Source: Lingula anatina (lineage: Eukaryota; Animalia; Brachiopoda). Taken from it: a stretch of DNA of 64,000 nt. The notes beneath the pieces were generated by a model. That model saw nothing but the letters and a program-made list of their open reading frames with translations, was not told the DNA's origin and made no database searches. Positions 38,551-49,621 of this stretch are shown in pieces. Each line of letters opens with the position of its first letter. Positions within the stretch are counted from its first letter, which is position 1. Where the stretch lies: contig CM120646.1 of the NCBI GenBank assembly GCA_051362555.1, positions 19,716,001-19,780,000 on the forward strand, read 5' to 3'. Both the position numbers and the translations under genes were made by a program.

Positions 38551-39774
38551 GTATTTAAATACTTGTATCTAGGAAAGAGTGCTATCCTGCTAGTGTAAAT
38601 TCAATAATTACGCAAAATATTGCATAAATACATGCTTTCTATTGCCATGAAAGACTGGTCCTTTATTGTAACGACACTTGCTTTTATTCCTTGAAGTCAG
38701 CTTAAAATCGTAAACATAATATCAGTTTTAACAGACCGGTATCGAAGATACCAAAATACCACTCTGGTGAGTATAAAAGAGCTTTGCATCCTTTATATTT
38801 CAGGCTCCGTCCTTGGTGTGATGCTGATCGCTTTAGTTGGCTTTATCATATATCGTGTCGCTCATAACAAAACTGTTGGCAACGGCTACACCCAAATAGA
38901 CGACTCAACGCCACATTATTATCAGCGACAAAGTGAGTAATGACAAATGCCTCAATAATAAACAGGGGTCGGTTAAACATAAGAACTTCATACTGAAAGT
39001 TGGTCTTACATTTTGCGCTATTTCCGTTCAGGAATAATGCGCACAACTTCAAGTCCTTTAGAACACAGAAGTTATGAAAAACAAGAATCATTTATTTCTT
39101 GATATGACACATGAGATATATTTCATTTAATTGGAATGCAATTGATTCATCTCGGGTCTCAGTAGACTTAAATGTTGCATTTTAAATCCGTACAAGAATC
39201 TGATGTAAGCTTAAGAGTAGATCCTGCGTAGTTTTGGTGAGATGGTGCAATTAAAATTCTTTTATTACTTCGTAGTTATTATTATTTTTTTTTTTGTAAA
39301 TTAAAATGGACACGTCTACGAAACATTTGCGGTGCTTTTGATAAACAACCCCCATTTACAAGCACAGTATTAAGCAAATATCTTGTAACGCGGTTAAATT
39401 TAATTAAAAGTATTAAAATATTTTTATCCTCCCTGAACTTACACACTTGCTGTTAACGACCTGTAACTTACCAACAAAGATCAAAACCATAATGGTATTT
39501 TAAAATCTCTGTGTATGGTATTTCAGCTCCAACAGTTGCCCCCGGGCAGGCCGTTCAAGAAGGGAGTTCAAATAATAACAATAGCAGCATTCCCCAAGAC
39601 GGCTATCAGGGAAGTTGGAACGACACTGACCATGGCTGTGAGAGAGTTTACCGGTCTATGTCAGCAGACGACCCGCGAGGTGGCGTTTTAACGCCATCAT
39701 TCCAAAATGAAGAAGAAGAACCGTGGCTATCATCCTTATATGTGACAAGTTCATCAAGGGTAGAGTCAGATTGA
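33861..39774 (+). CDS. Type I membrane protein with signal peptide, two Ig-like domains, TM helix and Tyr-containing tail (~382 aa); exons 33861-33954, 35457-35581, 36244-36460, 37919-38095, 38313-38471, 38804-38932, 39527-39774
   Basis: Signal-like MSPRKWLLVVCPAVLFAIS. Ig1 GESLTLNCSV...WTCAV. I-set Ig2 VHVGDKAMFNCTAYGYPSPTVCW...NGTLQLKNVNASDAGDYVC. TM YIFGGSVLGVMLIALVGFIIY. Many NxS/T sites. Phases are consistent (mostly phase 1); the exon 3 donor is probably GC. Confidence 0.8.
33969..34032. repeat. (TA)n microsatellite
   Basis: TA run just inside intron 1 of the Ig gene; it generates the spurious IYIYIY ORFs. Confidence 0.95.
36870..37909 (+). mobile_element. 5'-truncated, degenerate CR1/L2-clade LINE (RT C-terminus, 3' UTR and (ATT)n tail)
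   Basis: Frameshifted RT-C-terminal motifs EIREWVKVNMLALNDSKTELI, VKDLGVTLD, LVHAFISSRLDYCNSLL, KLQVIQNSAARLV, HITPILKELHW and APKLWNALP. The 3' end tgtaaggcgcctt...aaggcgccatataag is followed by (ATT)n at 37861-37909. Confidence 0.9.
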
Positions 39775-41455
39775 TAAACATTTCGTTCCAGTTCAAACTG
39801 AGATCTGGACATATAATAGTATTATCTTATGATGAAAAGCAGCACAAATGACATGTTGTGCCACTGTATTCACTGCGATTGTCCACATTTCTCCTGCAAT
39901 TTCAAAGCGAGACAGACTTCGATTTCCCAGTGCTAGCAAGCTTTTCGTTTATTTTCCGCTTTTTCAAAACCAGTACTAGGTTAGTTATTTATTTCCCGTA
40001 TCAAATAAGAAAGAACTAAATCATGATAACATAAATACATTTACTCGTACTAAAAGCATCGTTCCAACCATGATATGGCTAGACTAACCATACATCACGA
40101 GATTAAAAAAGTTTCTATGCCTGACATATATGTTGACTTTTTACTTATTTTTGCCGTCTTTACATTTTGTTGCCATTGATGAATTTGCATTTGGACCTGA
40201 ACAATACCTGTTTTTTTATTACAAGGGCATTGGAGAGTGAATGCTGCAAGGTTTTCTGCCATTGCTGCATTTTCTCCCACGTACCACAGGTAACCTATAG
40301 CGAGTTTAATATTTGCTTATTTCAAACCAAGACACAGAATATAAATAACCATGACAAGTTAAAACAGGCAATAAAAAGGTTTACTTTTGTATGTTATCAT
40401 TTAGGCCCTCTATATTTTTGAGGTTAATTCCACATTGATGCAATTTATTAAAAATTTACTGACCCACTGTATATTCCAATGTTGTCTGATAATAACTGGA
40501 GTTTGAAATAAACTTTGTGTATAAATGCAAGACAGATATTCAACGCAACGTATCAAAGCATTTACAATACAACTTACAATGGCACCTGTACATTTAATCT
40601 AGACATAAATTGTATCTTATTATCATTTAAAACTACACATTAACAGCCAAATTGCTACATTCGTCAGTGAAATAGAGAGTCACCTATACTCAGAGTACCA
40701 TCTTGTTCTTTTTGCATCAACACCAGCCATGGATCAGATCTAGATCTATCATCGTGCATTTGTTTTCAACGTATTATTCTCCACTGCTGTATGCTGCCAC
40801 AGGATGGCTCCATCTGGACCTAGGATATCCCTCAATACAACTCCCATACGTCCCTCGGAGAAAACCACCATTGTTTTCTCACACAGCCACTTTGAAATGG
40901 CCCTCTTTTGTTAAAAACAGAGCTGCGAAAAGGGCCTCATGATAAAGTTCAAGTTGAAACCTTTGGCCACAGCTGGAAGTGACTAACTACAGATATCCCA
41001 CTGCCTTGTTGACATCCACTTGCGCATATACATCTCCACAGTTATGGTGAGCAGGATGATGTGTCAGGATTTCCAAGGAACAGAAAATAATTCCGGGTCA
41101 TTTAAGAAATAACACACATCTCGGTTCTGTTCTCCCAATTAAAACAACTTTCTTACTAGAACTTGGTCCTGCCTCACATACTTAACTATGGTCTGTTCTG
41201 AATACATTAACCGTAGAACAAGGGATAGATAGCACCCCCCTGCTATGACAGCAACCCATGACAAAACAGCTGTAAAAGATTCTGGATGCATATTACACCA
41301 AATAGCACCTAAGACTACATGAACTAGACTGCCGTACATTCAAGCCTCCTTATCCATGTGAAAGACTGCTCCAAACCACCCTCCAAAAATACTAGGAACA
41401 ATATAAACTGTCATATTTGGGTTGAGTTTCCTTATAGTGTGTGGTGTTGAACCAA

Positions 41456-42908
41456 CTATGTTCCACTTGCTGCTAATTCTGCTGAAAGAAGTCCATGCTG
41501 TTGCATTTGTGCTCGTAGAAGAGCGTTTTCTTGTTTCAGTTCACTTATTTGTTGTTGTAAAAGATCGTGGTCCACGGATAACCTTTCTGCATCTTTTAGT
41601 GTCTGTGCCATGCGCTCGTTAGCAGTACGCAGATCATTGATGTAGTCGCAGGCTTTGGCCAGGATGCCTCCTTTACTTTGCTGGAAAGGACAGGTTTTAA
41701 CTTTCATAAAGGCATACATTCTTCCAAGGGCAACCTAGCATGTTTCTAAATGGCTAAAGAAATTATACAATATTGGTTCGATACATTATACAACATTGGA
41801 AGGGGGTGGGGGAGTATTCCATTATCTTTCTCCAAAGTGGATCATCTTTTGAGTTTGGATGGATAATATACATGAACAGATATTTTAATGGAAATCCTAT
41901 GTCTTAATAAAACTGTGTTGTTTGGCTGGTATAATTCAATGAAATATACTGAAATATATCATGGGTTTTTGAAATGCATCACTTGAGATTTCACAGTATG
42001 CATTCTCTAACATTCACTGTGAGCCATAGTTTATGCAAGTGAGTGGCCTGTTGTGACATCACACCAGTGAGACAGTTTAACATATTGTGACATCACATCA
42101 TTCTGTGACATCACTATGACCTCACATCCTGTTCAGAGATACCCTGCTGGCCCTGTTTGGTATACACACCTCACCTACCTGCCCTTGTTTAGTGTGGTCT
42201 TGAGCACAGTCTGGTACTAACTTGGACAGGGTCACTATCCAATTGTTGATCTTATCTCTCCGCCGCCTCTCAACTAAAAAACAGATATGCAAGCTTATTT
42301 GTGGAAAATTAAATATAACACAGATTTTATTTTACAAATATGTATATGCAAAATAAAAGAACAAGGAAAAAAATAATTAATGGGATTAAATAAATAAAAC
42401 AACATACACAGTTGCCATATTACAGCTAACCTAAATTTTGACATACACCTAACAATAGAAAGGATGAACATTTTTTAAAGAACCAGAAAACCTGGAAAAA
42501 GTTTATCAGTTTTTGGTTTGCAAATACAAAAGAGAAGCTCCAATTGGATTAAATAACCTACCTTCATTATGGGTGGCTCTCCGCCTCTCATCTCGCCCTG
42601 TCCTGGCCCCCTCCATTTTGGGTGCGAATGCTGTCCTTGGTGCGATTGTCCTTTGTCCCTGCAGCACATCTTGGGGCGACATCATCACGTAGAACTGACC
42701 TGATGGATATGTTGATGAAAAAGGAAAAAGGAAACAATGCGCCTTTATTTATCATGCACAGAAAATTGACTTTATTGTGAATGCATTCTACAATTTAACC
42801 AGTGGTAGATCTAGGATCTTGAGGGGGAGGAAGGGCAATAGGACAAAAAATTTGCTCTGCTTTTCTCAATAAAGAATGCTACACTGGTGATGGAAAGTGT
42901 CACTTGTT

Positions 42909-42950
<42 letters not shown>

Positions 42951-45418
42951 CGCGCGCACACCCAAGTGCATGGTTCGGAGGGGGGGGGGGGGGGGGGTAC
43001 CTCCCATCAAGCCCTAGTTATAAGCCCTGACATAACTATACCAAGACAAGTCTTACATATAAACAACATTCTACTACAACAAAATGAGTATTTCACCAAC
43101 CTCCAGCAGTGGTGACCTGCCCCAGTGTGGCGGCCGTGGTGAGCTCTGCCTGTGACGTGTCTCCAGCACCTGACACAGCTGGCAGGTAGGCAAACCGTGT
43201 CTCTCCTGGCTGACTCTCTGGGGTGGGGCTGCTGCCATTGCTGAACGGACTCTGGATTACAGCCTGAAAATACACAAAACCCATGTTATTTATGTAAATC
43301 ACATATCCAATTCTGTATCTGTATAATTAAACATACACTGATAAGTGAATCAGAATCATATCACTTAGTTTCTCACATTTGTATGACTCAGTTTGACCAA
43401 TATTCTATCAATTGTCACTCTATGGATTGATATCCAAATAATGGAACAGTGTGTACTTTGTGCTTATTTGATTCTGTACTGATGAATGTGCATCTGGAAT
43501 ATGTTTAGAATTTAGAATCTAAATCTTTTAACTTTTGTTTCAGTCCATGTATCTAGTCAGGTGCAGGAAATCTATAGCCCTTCAGTCCTGTGTTACAGCT
43601 TTTAAAATGAACAAATTTATACAACATAAATAGTGTAGTTTTCTTTATATTAACTTCACAGTGGGGCTACAAACACACACACACGCAAACACACACACAC
43701 ACAGTGAATTTAATAAGATAATGTCTAACAACGACAGAAATCCCAGGTATATTCTTACCTGTGCTACCTGTGTGCCAGCAGGGAACCCTCCACTAGTAAC
43801 AACCTGTGCTGTCTGCCCATCTTCCCCTGTCACCTGCACCACCCTGTATGTCACCTGGCCTGGAAAACAGAACACATCCACCTGGTTAACATGCATGGGA
43901 ACACTGACTCTTTACAACAGTGAAACTAAGTGATATTCACTGCTCATTGTAATACATTTCATTAAGGTTTGGTCTGTCACCATCTCATGCCTTGGAGAGG
44001 ATCTGAGACATGGGCCTCGTAACTTGAAAGCACTGCGTATATCACATAGAGGCTACAATGTATTATATGGGGCGAGTTATGGAATCGAGACGCTTGCACT
44101 CGGTCGCAATGCACGATGCTTTCGAGTTACGGGACCATGGTTTCTCCTACCTTGAGGTCCGTCTGCCCTGAACTGGTACTGGACAGGGTCCAGTGTGATC
44201 TGCTGACCAGCACTTCCTATGATAGCTGTCCCCTGGTCTTCACCTGCCTCCCCTGCAATGTAAACAGGTGGGCTAAGTTATAATGAACATTACTGACTAG
44301 TGTATTATAAAATATATAAATAAAAGGCAATTGTTAAAGTCAGTCTGAACTCAGCACAGTGCCAAAATATTTTAAAAATATATCATGTTTACTTTTATTG
44401 GCTGACTCTAGGATGAAATTACTTATAGGTTATTATATTAAAGGTTAATTCCACATTGCTAAATCACTTGGTCAAATCAGAGTTAATTTTGACCTAAATC
44501 AATGCTAATTTTCAGAAAAAAAAAATGTTCTTGAAAAAATTTGCATGTTTTTCATTGGGGTAATTTTTTCTATGCCAGCATGAGCCCCAGTTTCAATCAG
44601 AATACATTTAAAACAAACACTGTAATTACCCTCTCCTTCCTCTCCCTGAGTAAGGTGGACCTGCACAGCTTCTTCATTAGAATCTTCAGAGGGCTTGTCT
44701 TGGGAGCTAAAATGATGAGAAAATCATAACAATAACAATCTTATGATGATACTCCATAACACACTGAACAAACAAGTACTTTCAGCAATCTAGCAGGTGT
44801 TTATGTAGCATTTTCATGAGTCACCTTTAAGCTAAACTTTAAGTCTGAAAGGCAAACCTATATACAATTACCAGGAATGAAATTGAAAAGATAAATCAAT
44901 AATACACTACAGGATACATTCAAAATGACGTACGGTTTTTGACATTATTATTCGTGTAAACAATGGGTAAGGCCTTTTTTCTTGAGCTGACTTACAATTG
45001 GGAAAACAAAGTCTCAGTGCGGTCCAAAGTAAGGCCGTCTTTTATCATATACTTTATCACACGGCGATTAACATTCCTTCAACACATTTGCGTTATTTTG
45101 AAAAGTGTTGTGTCATCGTCTTCTTGCTCTTTTCAACACGCAATCTCATCTTTAACGTTTTTATCTGCAGCTTTACTACTGCACTAGAAAAATAGGATGA
45201 ATACGCGACAAACACGGGGAAAAGAGAAAGTTTGGGAAACACGGAGATTCTGGTCCAAAAATAGCTTCAATATATGACAGGTGCTCGACTTTCTCTAATC
45301 TCAGCAATGGAACGAATGATTTTCACCTCATACTCAATCATTTCATACGCGCCCTTCTGAAAACCCCGATAACTTTTTTCACTTACCTCGGATCGAGCGA
45401 GTGATCTAACATATCCAT
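41456..45418 (-). CDS. USF: Upstream stimulatory factor (USF1/2 orthologue, bHLH-zip, ~310 aa); exons 45418-45387, 44706-44630, 44252-44151, 43859-43759, 43263-43101, 42699-42562, 42273-42179, 41680-41456
   Basis: MDMLDHSLDP N-terminus, QYQFR, GQVTYRVVQV, AVIQSPFSNG, USR GQFYVMMSPQDVLQG, basic region RDERRRATHNEVERRRRDKINNWIVTLSK, SKGGILAKACDYI and a leucine zipper. Phases are consistent. Confidence 0.95.
44012..44136. mobile_element. Degenerate short MITE-like inverted repeat in a USF intron
   Basis: ggcctcgtaacttgaaagcac... pairs imperfectly with ...tgctttcgagttacgggacc. Confidence 0.45.
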
Positions 45419-45917
45419 GTGGTATGAGTGATGTATTCGAATTTGCCAGGAAGTATTGCGAGGTTGATCACGGGGCCAAACAACAGGTCATGTGAGAGAG
45501 AAAATGGACATGTGACAAAGATGGCGATTCTAAGGCGCATCACACCAATGCGCAGTAATTTATCTAAACTCATGGACCATATATTTAGCAAATTAACGAA
45601 TATAACAAAGGATAGGACGGTTGTTTTGTATATCTTTATTGTGTTTTGAAAGGAAAATAATATTGGAAGAAAAACTTTAAAGTAAGAATGGAAAACTTAA
45701 TTATGTTTTTTTCAAGCGAATGGATATCATCATTCTCCAAAGGATAAGCATTGGGTGATGTGTCTTGCTCTAGACGCCTCACATTGTCCAATCAGCAGAG
45801 AGAAGTAGTATTCGGTAATCTACGTCATTTTTACGGAAACACACGATACCGGAAAACAATTACGCATGTACGTTATTTACTTCCGGGAAGTCGTGTGTGT
45901 GGATTCTCAACGCCAAC
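45419..45917. promoter_or_regulatory. Bidirectional promoter region between USF and SRPRA
   Basis: Divergent start codons are ~500 bp apart. The region contains GTCATGTGA (45487-45495) and CATGTGAC (45509-45516) E-box variants, YY1-like AAGATGGCG (45518-45526), CCAAT boxes (about 45545 and 45788) and the ETS/STAT-like ACTTCCGGGAAGT (45879-45891). Confidence 0.75.
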
Positions 45918-48900
45918 ATGCTTGATTTATTTACAATTTTTAGCAAAGGAGGAATCGTCCTCTGGTGTTTTCAGAGTACCAGTGAGATATTCACTCCATC
46001 GGTCAATGCACTGATTAAAAGTGTTATTTTACAGGTAAGTTGATTTAAGACCTGTGTTTGTAAAATGGTTGTCAACGTGTACTAGCAGAATATACTTTCC
46101 ATATGCTAAGCTTATCTCTCAATTTGTTCTTACTTCTACAATTTGTTTTACTGTTAAGCAATTTCAAAACCGACATCTCCAATTTAAACATTATTATTAG
46201 GACTTCATACCTTCATGACATCCCAAATTTAGCATGCATTTGTACACGCATGCACTAACAAATACTATCATACAAACACATCACATGCACGTAAAAACAA
46301 ACACAGTTATACACGCTTACATACATACATACATGTACATAAACACGTACATGCAACCATTCACTCACAAAAGCAGGTCCACACAAATTAATTTTTTTCC
46401 TGATAGACAAGAAGTAAGATTTATTGTTCTGTAGTGCAAGCACTGTAACATTTCATAAAGAAAATTTTTGTTTTAGGAGAGAGGTGGGAATAATGCATTT
46501 GACCATGAAGCACTCACACTTAAGTATAAGCTGGACAATGAGTTCGAGTTGGTGTTTGTGGTGAGTCCCTGTGTATTTTTCCTTGCAAACTTTTCAAAAT
46601 TCAAGCAATTTTACTTTTGTTTGATAATTAAGGATTTTATCTAATCTTTTAAAATTTTTTTAAGATCCAGAGTGCATTTTAGTTCTATACTTGATTATTG
46701 CTATATATTACTTTCATTTAAGCTTTCATATAGAATTTCAATATTTCAACTTTTTATCTTTCATTTTTTAAATTTTTATAATATCCATCTTTAATGATTT
46801 ATTTTATAGTGTTAAGTTGGGTTTTTTAAATACAAGTAATAAGTATATATGTTGTTAGAATTATTTCTCAACAAGGGACATGTACCTAATTTATAATTTA
46901 AGATGTGACACTAGTCTGAGGAATTATAGTCAAATAAAATTGAGTCTATGATGAAAAAAAATTTTAAAAAGCACCATGCTTTCCCTAAAAAACATGTTTG
47001 TACTAGTGTATAACATATGACTCACATTTGTTTTCAGGTGGCATATCAAAAGATTTTACAGCTTTCTTATGTGGACAAGTTCCTGAATGATATACAGATG
47101 GAGTTCCGTGACAAATATAAAGATGACCTGACACAAGGGAATCTGTCGAGAAATTTCAACTTTACGGAAGACTTTAAAACATTGTTGAAGATAGCCGAAG
47201 ACAATGTGAGGAAGGAAGCTCAAAAGCCGAAGTAAGTTTACTAGAAAAGGTTTTGGCTCGAATCAGTTAGAATATATTCAAGATGGACATTTCTTGTGAA
47301 AAGGGCAGTTTCTTTCTTTTAGAATACACTGGTGTCATGTATAGAAATTCACCTTTGGCTCTTTATGAAAAAAAAAAAAAAAAACAGTGGAGGCATTTTA
47401 TACTTTGCCATGATTTAATAATAGATAATAAATTGTATATATTTATTTTTTTTTGTGGTGGGGGAGGAAGGATAGTGTTGGAAATTATAATGAATAACTA
47501 ATAAGTTTAAGGTTATAAAATTTGAAAAGAGTAGACGGCGTTAAACTTAAAACATGACATAGCAGAGGAATATAGAGTGTTGACAGAGAGGAGGGGGAGG
47601 GTGTAAATTGATTAACTGTTAGTGGTATTGAATCATTTAATAAGTGTGGAAATATCGCCTTTCAGGGTGATGAAAAGTTTTGAAGAATCCCAGAAATCAA
47701 AAAAGACTGTAGCATCTATGATAGAGAACAAGAAGGAAACGCCAAAGTCTGTCAAGGAGCAGAAGAAAAAGGCTGCTGAGGCTGTGAAAGGTGAGAGGAC
47801 TTAAGTTACTTACCTGTCTTAAAGGTACATATGAACCGAGCATCGGTGGAGCGTAGATTCCCAGTAACACATGTAAACCACTTCTACTAGTTTCTTATAT
47901 GACTCAAATAAATTCGACATGCCAAGGGAAAAACTGAATAGATCACTCAATCAGCCATAAAAGAGCTTTAGACTGCTCCTTTCTTTAAATTTTTGGTCAG
48001 AAATTTAACTTACTTTTGTGACCTACTCTTCTGCCCCATTGACATACAGCATAGAATGCCAGCAGAAAAATCCATTCAAACATCATTTTCAGGTAAAATT
48101 AAACAATGCCTTTTGGTAATTCTCTTAGTTATACTACTTGAAACTATGTGCTGGCATTTGGTCGGTTTTTGTGACAAAAAAATTGACTTTGTATGCATCT
48201 TTAAACTTTTATGCTTAATAATAAAGAATCAATTTGTCCTCTTAATGATGATTTCTAATGGTCAGCATGAGCAACAACTTAATGTGACCTCTCACTGACC
48301 CCTCAGTGACCCTCAGTTGACTAGCAGAAATCCTTGTGGTGAAGGCACAACATTGCCTTAAGTTTGTTATATTTTTTAAAAGTCCAGCATAAGTGTTATA
48401 GGATCATAATTAATCATAAGTGCCTGTATGTGTTACAGTAGCTAAGGCAGCTGAACCAACCACTGTGAGTAATGGTACATTGGATGAAGAGACTATTAGG
48501 AAGAACATCGAGAAGAAGTTTGGCCTCAACAAGAAGCCCAAGGCAGAGAAGGCCAAGTAAGTTGTAGAAAGTACTGGGTGTGATATGGCTTCCAAACTTG
48601 GTCAAGATTTTGTCAAGCTGTTCCTCTTTTAAGTACTGTGTAATGTGTCTCTTTTGCAGTGTTACTGATTGCTAGGAGGAATGATGACCTTCTGAAGCAC
48701 AAAGACAAATGGAATTTGATGACCTGTTGCTCTTGTGGAAAAAAAAACTTTTCCTTTTGTTTTTTAGAACAGAGAGCCCTGATGCCAACAAAAAGAAAGG
48801 AAAACAAGCACGGAAGTGGGACAAGGGTGGGACAACCAAAGAGATGCATGAGCTTGACTTTAGCGCAGCCAATGGTGACGGTGATAAAGGTAAAGACAGG

Positions 48901-49574
48901 GACCTGGATGAGACTTTGCCCACAGAGGAAGATGTAAGTGCATTTTTCATCTTAAAAAATATGTTTTCAGATACAGTCTATGGACAATAGGAAAGCAATG
49001 AGATACAAAAGAAGAAAAGGTTGCAGATCTTGATTTGATGATAAAATTTACACTGTATAATGTGACTAAATTTTCTTTATAAATATTGGGTAAGAAAAAT
49101 CAAATACCTTTTTTTACTCAAACTGCCTTGATATATGTTAACAAGTTTAAATCCGTTTTTGTCTTAATTGCTTTTTGATGATTAAAGAATAAGAATTTAA
49201 TGTAGATTTTTTATTTTATTAAAAAATCATGGATGGATATACACAAAGACTTCACAACTTACACATGCACACACTTACAAATTTTGAAACACCTCTAATA
49301 TGTAAAATATTATATATGCAACTAAACAAAAACATTATCAAAAAGAGCTACACAAAGTTTCCAATTATGACCAAGAGCATTCATTCAAATGTTAAATGCA
49401 GTGAAGAGCTTTCTTCTCTCTCTCTAGCTGGCCATGCTTGGTTCAATGAGTGGTAACCTAGGTGACCTGGAGGAGGAGTCCAGTGAGGAGGAGGAGTCTG
49501 AGGAAGAGGAGGAGGAGGATACCCCTGTCCAACAGAAGAGGTATACAGCATACAGATTACTACATTATGTTGTG

Positions 49575-49621
<47 letters not shown>

